This document shows, piece by piece, positions 51,240-64,000 of a stretch of 64,000 nucleotides of DNA (positions are counted from its first letter, which is position 1; each line of letters begins with the position of its first letter). The notes under the pieces are model-generated. The model made no database searches. It saw nothing but the letters and a program-made list of their open reading frames with translations, and was not told where the DNA came from. Source of the DNA: Octopus sinensis (lineage: Eukaryota); assembly GCF_006345805.1 (NCBI RefSeq), contig NC_042997.1, positions 171,678,001-171,742,000 on the forward strand, written 5' to 3'. The position numbers were made by a program, and so were the translations under genes.

Positions 51240-51450
51240 TCTTTTATTCCTTTATTGTTTCAGTTATTTGACTGTGGCCGTGCTGGAGCACCACCTGTAA
51301 TCGAGCAAATCAATGCCAGTACTTATTATTTGTAAGCCTAGTACTTATTCTATCAGTCTCTATTTCCAAACTGCTAAGTTATGGGGAAGTTAACATACCA
51401 GCAGTGGTTATCAAGCAGTGGGGTGACAAACACAGATACAAATACGAACG

Positions 51451-51481
<31 letters not shown>

Positions 51482-51482
51482 T

Positions 51483-51564
<82 letters not shown>

Positions 51565-51735
51565 GTATATATATATGACAGGCTTCTTTCAATTTCTGTC
51601 TACCAAATCCACTCATAAGGTTTTGGTCAGCCTGAGGCTGTAATAGAAGATATTTGCCCAAGGTGTCACACAGTGGGACTGAACCCAGAACTATGTGGCT
51701 GGGAAGCAAGCTTCTTATGACACAGCCATGCATGC
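51240..51735 (-). mobile_element. SINE family A (diverged)
   Basis: Head, long (TA)n and tail present. Confidence 0.8.
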
Positions 51736-52030
51736 ATATATTTGTGTGTTTGTGTCTGTATTTGTCCCCCCTCCCTCCACCATCACTTGACAACCGATGC
51801 TGATAGAATAAGTTCTGGGCTTATAAAGAATAAGTCCTGGGGTCAATTTGTTTGGCTAAACATATTGTCAATATGTTTGACTAAACATTTTGTGATTAAT
51901 GATAACAAGCAAAAATCAATAGCAAACAAAAATCGTCCAGGATTGGTAGAGAAAATACTAGATGTGCATTTCTGCCTGGTTAGGATTTGTCAGTAACATG
52001 TATTCACTGGAAAACTCATGCTAAAGCAAA

Positions 52031-52508
52031 ATTTGTCAATATCAATATAGGAAACAGTGGTTCAAAAATCACTGGTGATGCAATTAAGTGGTTGGCTGAT
52101 TAAAAATCCATTATATGCAATGGAAGCAGTATTAGATTAAAATAGTCATCTGAGTATCATATTAAATGTAAATTCATTGCTAAAAGCCCAATAAGATACA
52201 GTATTCATCTGGATATAATATCTCTCATGGATATATTGTGTTTAATAGCACAAATATTTCAGTAGTATAGAAAATTGTCCAACTGTAGTGATAAAAATGT
52301 TAGATGTATATTTCTATGTCGTTGAGTTTTATCAGTAGTGCGTATTCACTGGTGACATGCATGTGGTATTTTGTAATGTATTTGTAGATTGCTATTTTAA
52401 ATATAAAATTGTTTCTGTTCCATATAACAGATTTTGAATCAGCTGGTTGAATTATAGCAGCACCAGTGATTTTTTAATGAATGTTTACCTATATTGGTGG
52501 TAACAAAT
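52031..52508. mobile_element. Old MITE with ~80-bp degenerate TIRs
   Basis: CAATATAGGAAACAGTGGTTCAAAAATCACTGGTG / CACCAGTGATTTTTTAATGAATGTTTACCTATATTG. Confidence 0.6.
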
Positions 52509-52649
52509 AGCGTCTCTTGAATGATCATGATGTTTGTTTGCAAACATCATGTGATGCCATGACAGGGGTTCATGCAAACACACACATACCTACCTATCCA
52601 CCTACCTACCTACCTACCTACCTACCCACATACATACTTATATACATAC

Positions 52650-52686
<37 letters not shown>

Positions 52687-52778
52687 TATAAAATTAAGAT
52701 TCAGTTGAATTAGGTACTTAAGTTGAGGCCTCAAGTCAGTCCGGTATTGTCCACACAGCTTGAAGTAAGGTGAATAAA

Positions 52779-53046
52779 AAGCAAATAAGTAACAAGGATG
52801 TCCAGGTATTAGTGCATTATGGTTGTTTCAAGTGGCTTCATTTAATCGCTCAATGCAAACAATACGTCAGTTTGAAATAAACTGCTCTCCTCAGAAGTAT
52901 GCAACCATATAGAATTCCAACATACAGAATACTCCATTATAATTTTTTAGCAAACTTTTCATCAGTACTAGAGACTAAAATAATTGGAGCCACTTGAAAC
53001 AGCTGTAATGCACTGATACCTGGACATCCTTGTTACTTATTTGCTT
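52779..53046. mobile_element. MITE with ~62-bp TIRs, ends related to the 41289 MITE
   Basis: AAGCAAATAAGTAACAAGGATGTCCAGG.. / ..CCTGGACATCCTTGTTACTTATTTGCTT. Confidence 0.8.
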
Positions 53047-53240
53047 GATATATATATATTTATATATATATATATTTGTCAGTTGCCCATAAATAAAAAA
53101 AAAGAAAACACAATCTAAAAGGTATTTTGAGCAGTTATATTTTATATTGTCAAGTAGTATACCCTTAGTTACGCCATCTAACTGGTCATAAATTTCTCAT
53201 TGGTCTCAAATCTAATGCACTTTGGATGGAACAAGCACCT

Positions 53241-53280
<40 letters not shown>

Positions 53281-53299
53281 CAAACATCAAAATGTGACC

Positions 53300-53502
53300 G
53301 TGTGTATACCGTTGGCGATTTTTTTCCTCCGTCTTCCCTTCCTTGGATCTTTCCTTTTCCTATGTTTCTGACAAAGAACTCCACTCGAAATGCTAAATCC
53401 TCCTTCTTTCCTTCCTTTCCTGAGCGTCCAATAACACTATACTTGTTCCACGTCCTCGCGTTGTTGTGTTTTCTCTTTGTGTTTTCATGTTTGGATTAAC
53501 TA
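53300..53502 (+). mobile_element. Family P2 short element, hammerhead degenerate (53364-53398)
   Basis: Collinear with 45335-45537 and 5537-5728. Confidence 0.7.
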
Positions 53503-53515
53503 TATATATATATAT

Positions 53516-53597
53516 ACTTTATTTTAAGCAGCAGAAAATTCAACGAAATCTGTTACTCTGAGTTTCTCGTTGCCGTTCATCAGATAGTTTTTGCTAG
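53516..53597 (-). mobile_element. Family P4 fragment with canonical hammerhead core (53550-53587)
   Basis: CUAU-CUGAUGA-A-CG[GCAA]CG-A-GAAACUCAGAGUA-ACAG. Confidence 0.7.
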
Positions 53598-54872
53598 TAT
53601 ATATATATATATATTATATTAAATTAGAGATAAAACCACTATTAGGCAAATCAAACAGTGAAAAACATAAGCCAATACTTAAAATTAATTTAAAAATATA
53701 AAAGTTAAAAATAAAAAATTATTTAAATAATTTAAACTTATAAATTTTATATATATATACAAATATATATATGTATGTATGTATGTATATTTTTATATTT
53801 ATATATTATTTTATTTATTAATTAATTCATTTATTTATTTGTTATTTTTTTTATATATATCAAAAGTATTAAAAGTTTAATAAAAGATATGTATATGTAT
53901 ATATAATAGGCTTCTTATTTCTAGCAACCAATCCACTCATAAGACTTTGGTTAGCTACAGCTATTAGTAGAATAATTTTGCCCAAGATGCCATGCAGTAT
54001 GACTGAACCTGAGACCACATGGTTGAGAAGCATGCTTCATAACCACACTGCCACACCTGTGCATATTCAACATCTGTAATGTAGAAGAAAATAAAAGAAA
54101 GGGAAAATATACATTATTATGTAAATGATTTTTTAAAATAATTTTCCACTGAATTAATGATATGGTACATAAGTTGTCCAAAAATAGATTAAAACATTGA
54201 TAGAAAATAAATTGACAATTTCTTTAAAATTTCCAATATATTTCTGAAACATGAGTAGTGCTTAATGCGACAAAACAGTATTGTAAAATATTGGATTCTT
54301 GGAATAGCTATACTAACATTAAAATATTTGTGTCAATGTTATAACAGATGGGAAGTTTACTGCATACCAATTGCTGTTGTTCATTCTGTTTAGCCTCAGG
54401 GTAGTCCTGTTTTAGCTGACCTATGACCAAAGGCATTCCAATTGGTACCATTTTGTCTTTTTCTTTGATGCATCACACCTATGGCCATGTTATCCAATGT
54501 GTACTTTTCAAGACAGTAGGGTATAATTGGAGAGAGAAAGGTAAGAGATGGGTTTTTTTTGCTGCTATTTCATGCAGACTGATACCTGCAATGGACTGCT
54601 TCAAAGGCTTGAGGTTAGGTATCTTTATCATTCACCTTTTATTTGTTTCAGTCATTGGACTGCATCGACCGCGACCATGCTGGAGTACCACTTTGAAAGG
54701 TTTAATTGACCTCAGTACTTATTTTTTAAGTCTAAATCTTTTACCAACAGTCTTTTTTGCCGAACTTCTAAGTTACTGGAGTATAAACAAGTGAACACCT
54801 GTTGTCAAGTGGTGATGGGAGACTAACAGATAGTGTGTGTGTGTGTGTGCATGCATGTGTAAGCCCATCATA

Positions 54873-54921
<49 letters not shown>

Positions 54922-56200
54922 GTATGTGTGTACGTATGTATAAATGTGTAGCAGCATTTTGTCTGTCTTTACCTTCTGAGTTCAAATTCCACCAAGGTCA
55001 ACTTTACCTTTCATCCTTTAGGGGTTGATGAAATAAGTACCAGTAGATCACTGGGCTCGATGTAATCAACTTACCTCCATCCCCTAAACTGGTGGCCTTG
55101 TGCCAAAATTTGAAATCAGAAATAAATAAGAGTAGTGAACTGGCAGAATTGTTAAATCATTAGATAAAAATGACAATCATCATCACCATTATCATCAATG
55201 TCATCATTGTTGTCCCCATCGTCATCCTCCTCCTCCTCCTCCTCCTCCTCCCATTCATCATCATCATCATCACCATATTCATCATCATCAGCAGCAGCAG
55301 CATTTAATGTCCATGTTCCACGCTGGCATGAGTTGGATGATTTGGCAAGATCCAATGCATCCAAGGACTGCATTGTACTACAAGTGTCTACTTTGGCCTG
55401 GTTCCTATGGGTGAATGCCCTTTCTAATGTCAACCACTTTTCAAAGTGTACTGGGGGGTGCTTTTTACATAGCACCAGCGCAATTCTCATGGTAGGATAC
55501 AAACCAATGAAACCCTTGGCTAGTTTACCAGTTCCTCATTGACCTAGTTACCCCAGCTTTTCTCCTGTTGACAGTAACAAGAAAAAAAGGAGGGGGGGTT
55601 CAAAGAAAGAAAGAAAGAAAGAAAACAACTACATTTTTAGATTTAAAAAAAAGCTAAATCAAGTAGTTTATACAAAATAATCTCTTTGATCTAAAATTTA
55701 TTTAAGTATCGTCTGTCACTATGTTTATGTAACTGTGTAGTTTAATCACGTGTCTTGGCTAATCTAAACAAGAGTTTAAATCACAGTCGTAAGTATCAGT
55801 CAGAAATCTATTTCTTCCATTCCATTTATAGAATCATTCTGTGAGATAAGAATTTAATTAATATCACAGGTTACCAAAACTCATTGATTAGAAGTGTCTA
55901 CATATGTTAGTAGTAGAAATCTGTCATGGTATTAAAAGTATTAGTTTATTGTGAGAAGATTTAAATCCACTGGTGGTGTGTTTTTGTATCCATGGGCAGT
56001 GTTCGCTCTCTTCTTTTGCCTTCGTTTTACAACAGTATGTATATTAGTGGATTAGTGTTTCTTGTATGTATTTTTATTTTTTGTTTTTCTTGGTTAGTCA
56101 GAAGGGCAGGGCAGTGCCCATGGTCAACCATAGGATCAGCAAGGCAGGTGGGAGGGAGGAAAACATCCTTTAATTCTTTTACTGCAATATGAAATATGTT

Positions 56201-56236
<36 letters not shown>

Positions 56237-56973
56237 ACAACAACAACAACATCATCACCATCACCATCATCATCATCATCATCACCACCACCACCACAAC
56301 CACCACCACCACCATCATCATCATTATCATCATCATCGCTGTCGTCATTGACATCATTATCTAACATCTGGCCATCATGCTGACATAGGTTGAACAGTGT
56401 GACAGGAGTTGGTCAGCTAGAGAACTACTTTGGCTCCATTTGTCTGTTTTGGTATGGTTTCTATGACTGATTGGCCTTCCTAACACCAACCACTCCACGG
56501 AGTGTACTGGGTGTTTTTACATGACACCAGCACAGACACTTTTATGTGACACTGATATGGACTGGTATTTTCTCCAAGTGACATTGCTTCATTGAGCTTG
56601 ATGCATGTTGACAAAAAATAGCCTTGACAATGACATTCTTCATCAAAAGATAGATTGGTATATAAAACTGCTTTTTGCATTTAAGGGTAATGAAATTTTG
56701 AGTGGATGTATCTGATTTTCACATTGAAAGGGTTAACATTGAGGTGCCTACCAAAGGCACTCAAAAACCGGTGAGGTTTTTAAACCAGACAACAGAATAA
56801 ACCTACTACCCATGTTGACCATGGCTGGTTTTGAACTCGCAATGTCTGATGCTTAAACAATTCACTATTCTTGACTGGTATGATTTTGATTTTTCCAGTT
56901 TCAGCTAATGAGCTGTGGCCATGCTGGGGCACCGCCATTTATTATCATAGATCACTGGTATGTTAAGTATGTT

Positions 56974-57030
<57 letters not shown>

Positions 57031-57250
57031 CCACTACCACCACCATCATCCGCCTCCTCCTCCTCCTCATCATCATCATCATCATCATCATTATTATCAT
57101 CATCACCACCATCACCATCATCATCATCATTATATATACACAAACACACACATGGACATGCAACCATAGGAACCATACCAAAGCTGACATAGGAACGTGA
57201 TGCAGCCCTGTGCTCACTGCCAGCATGCCAGCATGGAAGATGGAGGTTAA

Positions 57251-57870
57251 ATGGTGGTGATAATTATGATGACAATGACGATTATGACAACAATGATGAT
57301 GTTGATGATGATGATGGTAACAATGATGATGATGATGATGATGATGATGACAACAACAATGATGATGATGACAACAACAACGATGATGATGATGATGACG
57401 ATGACGATGATGCTGACGAGGATGACAACAATGATTATGATAATAACAATGGCGACGACAATGATGATGATGATGACAACACTGATGACAACAATGATGA
57501 CGACGATGACAGTGACAATGATGAAGATGATGACCACAACAACAATGATGATGATGATGACGACGATGACAACAATGATGATGATAATAACAATGACGAT
57601 GATGACAACAATGATGATGGTAACAATGACGACGATGACGATGATGATGATGACAACAACGATGACAACGATGACGATGACAGTGACAATGATGATGATG
57701 ATGACGATGACAACAATGATGATGATAATAACGATGACGATGATGACAATGTTGATGATGGCAGCAACACTGACAATGATGACGACGACGATGACTGACA
57801 ATGATGATGAAGATGACAACAACAAAAATGACGATGATGATGATGAGAATGATGACGACGATGACGATAT
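57251..57870 (+). repeat. ~620-bp degenerate (RAY)n triplet tract following a family C tail
   Basis: Mixed GAT/GAC/AAC/AAT triplets directly after CAGCATGGAAGATGGAGGTTAAAT. Confidence 0.9.
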
Positions 57871-58386
57871 ATTACATTTATAAACACTATAACATGAACT
57901 GTTTAATTTACTTATGATAATTTCTAATACAGAATTTTTTTTTTTTAAATTAGCATGTATAATTAATGACATAACAACTTAATTTACTTAATCAATCAAT
58001 AATCTTTAATTGGAAAAGTATTTGAAATTATATCTTAGTTTTATGTGTTTAATGGTCTTTTTGTGTCAGTTTTTGTTTGGGTATCATTTTTGTTTTATAA
58101 TGTATGAAAATGTGTGTGTGTGTATGCATGCCTATATATATGTATTTGTGTGTGTATGCATGCCTATATATATGTATTTGTGTGTGCATGTATGTATGTT
58201 TGTGTATATGTTTATGGTTATGTATGCATGTGCGTAGGTATGTTTGTGCTTATGTATGTATGTATTTATGTATGTATGCATGTATTTATGTATGTATGTA
58301 TTTATGTATGTATTTATGTATGTATATATGTATGCATGTATGTATTTATGTATTTATGTATGTATGTATTTGTGTATGTATGTATG

Positions 58387-58420
<34 letters not shown>

Positions 58421-58449
58421 TGTATGTATGTATGTATGCATGTATGTAT

Positions 58450-58975
58450 GGCATCGCAAGGCCAAGAAAAGTTGCTGTGTACCGTGCATGTGTACTGACA
58501 TCGCTACTCTACTCATGTGAGACATGGACTCTGTACAAACGTCAGGTAAGGGTCCTTGAACGCTTTCATCAGAGATGTTTCAGACACATTCTCAATGTTG
58601 GCTGGACCTCAAAAATTCCAGACACACAGGTCCTGAGGACAGCTGATATCTTAAGTATTGGGGCGATGGTGCACAAGCACCAGTTACGTTGGACTGGACA
58701 CCTTATGAGAATGAAGGATAGCAGGATTCCTAAGCAGATGCTCTATGGAGAACTTGTGAATGGAAGGAGACTCTGGCAGAAACTGTGATTTAAGGACTGT
58801 GTCAAGTTCTCATTAAAAGCCTGTGATATGCAGGATACTGACTGGGAGAACAATGCCTGTCATCACCACAGATGGAGAAAGGAGGTTAAGGAGAAGATCG
58901 ACACTTTTGAGAGAGCACGTATCCAGCATGAAGAACTTAAGCGAGCTGCGCGAAAGTGCACGGCTCATATAGTGA
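58450..58975 (+). mobile_element. RTE-clade (BovB-like) LINE fragment, RT C-terminal/thumb region
   Basis: VYRACVLTSLLYSCETWTLY..LERFHQRCFRHILNVGW..LRWTGHLMRMKDSRIPKQMLYGEL..FKDCVK..W.KEVK. Confidence 0.9.
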
Positions 58976-59344
58976 ATGTTTACGTTGTTGTTTTTGTAGC
59001 TGTTTTGCAATAGTTGTTGCTGTTTAACCCCCATGCAGACTTGTGACTAAAGACATTCCAACTGTGACAATCTCAACATTTTTTGTGAGGTCATGACTAT
59101 CTAAGATTATGTTACTATGTTATTTGTATACCCCTGCACTCCTTTTTTAAAATAGTGAGCTGTGATTTGATGAAAGATTTGGCTACTATTTCTAGCAGAG
59201 CAATGACCAGATATTGTGCTTGATCCTATTTAACCCAAGGTTAGCCGTCATTGAACTGACCTATGATCAAAAGAATTCTTGCTATGACCATCTAACATGC
59301 AAGAGAGCCATGCAAGGAAACCAAATTTACATTATATTTACATA

Positions 59345-59515
59345 GGCGCAGGAGTGGTTGCGTGGTAAGTAACTTGCTTACCGACCACATGGTTCTGGGC
59401 TCAGTCCCACTGCATAGCACCTTGGGCAAGTGTCTTCTACTATAGCCTCTGGCCGACAAAAGCCTTGTGAGTGGATTTGGTAGACGGAAACTGAAAGAAG
59501 CCCGTCGTATATATG

Positions 59516-59581
<66 letters not shown>

Positions 59582-59860
59582 TGTGTGTGTGTCTGTGTTT
59601 GTGTGTGTGTCTGTGTGTGTCTGTGTGTCTGTGTTTGTGTGTGTGTGTGTTTGTGTGTCTGTGTTTGTCCCCCCAACATCACTTGACAACCGATGCTGGT
59701 GTGTTTGCGTCCCCATAACTTAGTGGTTCAGCAAAAGAGACCGATAGAATAAGTACTAGGCTTACAAAGAATAAGTCCTGGGGTCGATTTGCTCGATAAA
59801 AGGCGGTGCTTCAGCATGACCACAGTCAAATGACTGAAACAAGTAAAAGAGTAAAGAGAG
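59345..59860 (+). mobile_element. SINE family A with (TG)n expansion
   Basis: GGCGCAGGAGTGGTTGCGTGGTAAG..GAAACAAGTAAAAGAG. Confidence 0.9.
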
Positions 59861-60484
59861 TATATAAGTACCACTTTTTCAAACAGCAGTAAATGGCAGA
59901 ATGTGATTTAATGGAGATTTGGTTTCTGTTTTTAGCATATCAAGTGACCACATAGAAGACCCTACAGTTGTTTGTGGTAGTTTGATTGTTTGTTTGTTTG
60001 TTTGTTGGTTGGTTTGTTGGTTGGTCGGTTGGTTGGTTTGTTGGTGCATCACAGTAATTTTCACAGCTTGCTGTCCTTTCTGCTTCCCTTCTTACTATTA
60101 TGCATTTGTGAATGATTTCTCCCATTGATACATCGACTATAGAATAAAGTGAATTATGACATTATCGATATCATATTATTGATATGACATGATATAGTCT
60201 GATATTCACAGACGAATTATGATGGCATAACCGTGATATAATATATGATACAAAAAATTTTACCCTGTACACAGTGGATTGGGAAAGGAATCTATTGAAA
60301 CACAGCATGCTGCGTGTATCAGATTTTTGTGTGTATGTTTTCAATATACAACAATGTTATGGTTATTCAACTTGTCTTATCGTTATCAGATCCTTTTGCT
60401 GATTAACTGTATGCAATTCCATGAGTCAAGTGTACATACAAACAAACATACAAACATGCATAAAAACATGCATACATACATACA

Positions 60485-60784
60485 TTATTATTATTATTAT
60501 TATGGCTGCCCCCTCGTTATCGAGTATGGCCATTGCACGAAGCTTAACTGTTACTGGTGCTGTGATCAAATGTGACTTTTTAGCCCAGCTAAAGATCTAC
60601 AATGTCTTGTACAGAATTGGCAACTAAAACCTTTACCGGTAACAGCCGGCTGTAGTTGTAACTGGGCTTCATGTACCTTTGCATGTTGTTTAAGTCCTCC
60701 TGCCGAATTACACACTCTTCCACATGCCTGACAGATATGATTAGTATGGTGTATTACACCACCACTAGTGGCCAGGTTGTCATT
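60485..60784 (-). mobile_element. RTE-clade LINE extreme 3' end with two C2H2-like motifs and a (TAA)n tail
   Basis: HICQACGRVCNSAGGLKQHAKVH...FSCQFCTRHCRSLAGLKSHI, then GGCCATACTCGATAACGAGGGGGCAGCCA(TAA)n. It is embedded in (TATG)n on both sides. Confidence 0.8.
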
Positions 60785-61188
60785 CATACATACATACATA
60801 CATACATACATACATACATACATACATACATACATACGTACATACATACATACATACATACATATATACATACATACATACATACATGCATAAATACATA
60901 CATACAAGAATACCAAGAACTTTGGCATTACATCGTGCTTGTGAAGAAGACCCATCAAACCAAGCAAAATTGCAGTTGTAGCAGGTACTGGTGTCATACA
61001 AATGGCGCCCATGCCAGTGGCACATAAAAGTGCTCACTACACTCCAAGAGTGGTTGGCATTAGGAAGGGCATCAAACTGTAGAAAACCATGCCAAATCAG
61101 CCTTCCTGTTTACCAGACCTGGTCAAACTATCTAACCTATGCTAGCATGGACAACGGACGTTAAATGATGATGATAATGATGATGATA

Positions 61189-61237
<49 letters not shown>

Positions 61238-61285
61238 CGACGATGACGATGATGATGACGACAACGACGATGATGATGACGATGT

Positions 61286-61316
<31 letters not shown>

Positions 61317-62621
61317 GATGAGTTTCAATGTTTGTGTCTTTTTTTATGATTAAGATGTCAAGAAATGGGAGTTGGTCTTGACTATATTCCCTTGTGAATT
61401 GGATATGCTTACTGATGCTGTTAATTAGGCAACACACACACACACACACATACACATGCACATACATGCACACATACACACACAGCACCCTGACAAATAT
61501 AACATTCACATACACATGCATACACATGTACACACATACACACACCACCCTGATAAATATAACACACATATACACAGGCATATACATGCATGCATACACA
61601 CATATACACACACACACACCGCCCTGACAACCACAACACACATACACATGTACACACACATGTACACACGTACACACACACACATGTACACACACAGAAA
61701 TGGAACACCCATATATATGCACACACACACACACACACACACATATACAGGCACACATGTACACACACAGAAATGGAACACCCATATATATGCACACACA
61801 CATGCACACACACGTGCACATAACCCCCCCACTCCCCAATATCCACATTTCCCAGCAAGAAACACACACCCATACATACACACATACTCTTACATGCAAA
61901 TACACACCATTCTTTACTTATAAGTGATACATATAAACGCATTCAAAACCTTTTTATCAATCATCAACTACACTGTGACCTGTGACCATCAGCCACTCCA
62001 CTGTTTTTACACCTGAAAACGATTACTGGATGACATTGGCACTTAAGAGATATATCATTAACATTTATCATTCTGGGATAAAAGGAAGATTTTATACAGA
62101 AGAGTTGCAACAATAATTTATAATTTCATTCTGAATAATTCGTAAGGAATTTCTGTTATTTTTTCTTTCTTCCTTATAGTTGTCCATTACTACACCTTCC
62201 ATTTTAAAAATTTAGGCCTTCTTGAAGACGTAAAATTTTTGAAGGTCTTTTTAAATAAGTGAAACCAGTTAATAAATACTTTTAAAAGACTCCTGCATTT
62301 ATATCCTTTTCCTTATATTTTTACTTATGCAATAATCCCCAATTTTATTTTGTTATATATAAATATTATTTAACAAATGCAGTATATGTATTTATGTGCT
62401 ACTATTATTTTCATGTTCTGAGACCATGCCAAATAGTGTTTTTTAACAAGTCTGGTGTCCTAACACAATCATCAGACCAAAATTATTTTCGTTGATCTTA
62501 CCCTCACAAAATAGTACACCAAGTATATATTTATATATAAATGATGATGATGATGTTCCACCCATACCAGCAAGGACGGAGGATATTAAACGAGGATGAT
62601 GATGATATGTATGTATATGTG

Positions 62622-62660
<39 letters not shown>

Positions 62661-64000
62661 GTGTGTGTATATATATATGTGTGTGTGTATTGTATATATA
62701 TATATATATTCTTTTAATCTTCTACTTGTTTCAGTCACTTGACTGTGGCCATACTGGAGCACTGCCTGGAGTAAAACATAAAGACAGACAAAATGCCGCT
62801 AAGTATTTTGCCAGGAATGCTAACGATTCTTGAAATCCACTTACAAGGCTTTTGTTGGCCGTGAAACATTTGTAGAAGACACTTGGCTAAGTTACCACAC
62901 AATGGAACCAAATCTGAAACCATGAAGTTGGGAAACAAATTCCTTACCACACAGCCATGACTGTGCCTATGCAAGCATGGAAAAAGTGGACATTAAAACA
63001 ATAATTTATAATTTCATTCTGAATAATCTATAAGGAATTTCTGTTATTTTTTCTTTCTTCCTTACAGTTGTCAGTTACTACACCTTCCATTTCAAAAATG
63101 TAAGTCTTCTTGAAGATGTAAAATTTTTTTGTTTCAATCACATTTTGTTCAAGCTTTGTATCTCTTTGTATTAGTTTACCTCCATTCTTTACTGTATACT
63201 TTTGTAAGTCTTACTATAGATATTTTGAAATATTTTCCTAATTGCAAGTGGCTCCTGTGTCTTTGTGTTCATGACAAATATAATCTTTCTGTGTTGACTT
63301 TTGGGTGGTATATCTTAAATGAGGTCATTACTTTTTCTTGTTTTCCTATCTTGTCTTGCTAATTCACTTAGCTTTCGGTAATAACTGCAAATTATTACTG
63401 GAACTACTAGGATATTTATTACATTATTTTTGGCATTCAGCTCTGTTTAATCATCTGTAATATTCCTTCCTATCATTTGCTTTCTTTTGAGTGTATTGTA
63501 ATTGTCAATTTCATTTATTTCAGTGAACTTGTAAGTCTATATTTGGGTTTAATTCTTTTATCTGTGTTCCTTTATCTTGCAAAATATTATTCATTTATAT
63601 TAATATTTTTTTCTCTTCAAGATGTCTTGACATATTTTTACAAAGTGAACTTTATGGCAATTTCCCTTCTCAAAGAACTCCTTTTGTCTATGAAACCAGG
63701 GTATGCTTTTGTTTGTAATTTCCAGCATACAACTTGAGAGCATCAAGATAGAGGAGGTGGTTGATCATAACCTTTGAACATTTAGAGACAGAAAGGAACA
63801 GAGTGAAGGTGTCTCCTTGCAGCATTTTCATTCAGTTAGGGAGTGGTTGAATTTTAACAATTGTTTCACGTATTTACATCCTTCTCTTTTACCTTTTATT
63901 TGTTTCAGTCGTTGAACTGGATCTATTCTGGGGCACCACTTTCAATGGTTTAGTGGTTTAGTCAAACAAATAGATCCCAGTACTTATTTTTTAAGTCTGG

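Noticed and set aside
57247-57972. 241-aa and 210-aa low-complexity ORFs
   Set aside because: Degenerate triplet expansion of a retro-tail; no splice or codon evidence for a gene.

Overview
AT-rich eukaryotic genomic DNA, dense in microsatellites and almost entirely made of transposable elements. The SINE/MITE inventory looks like a coleoid cephalopod (Octopus-like) genome; this is inferred from recognising the repeats, not proven. No intact protein-coding gene, rRNA, true tRNA or CRISPR array is supported, and most ORFs in the supplied track are translated microsatellites. Identifiable content: (i) a full-length but inactivated Tc1 DD34E element with IR/DR ends (12461-14049); (ii) three DD37D (maT-like) remnants; (iii) two 3' fragments of R4/Dong-like RLE retrotransposons; (iv) several RTE-clade LINE remnants; (v) at least six SINE-like families; (vi) many MITE-like inverted repeats; (vii) four families of short Penelope-type elements carrying minimal type I hammerhead ribozyme motifs. 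The most notable observations are a tRNA-headed SINE whose tail is a Penelope-type hammerhead module with Penelope-like inverted 5' copies, and two copies of a (GAT)n-tailed element carrying different, near-perfect tandem monomer arrays joined at the same CATATTCC motif. A few weak minus-strand exon candidates suggest the window may lie partly within a large host gene.
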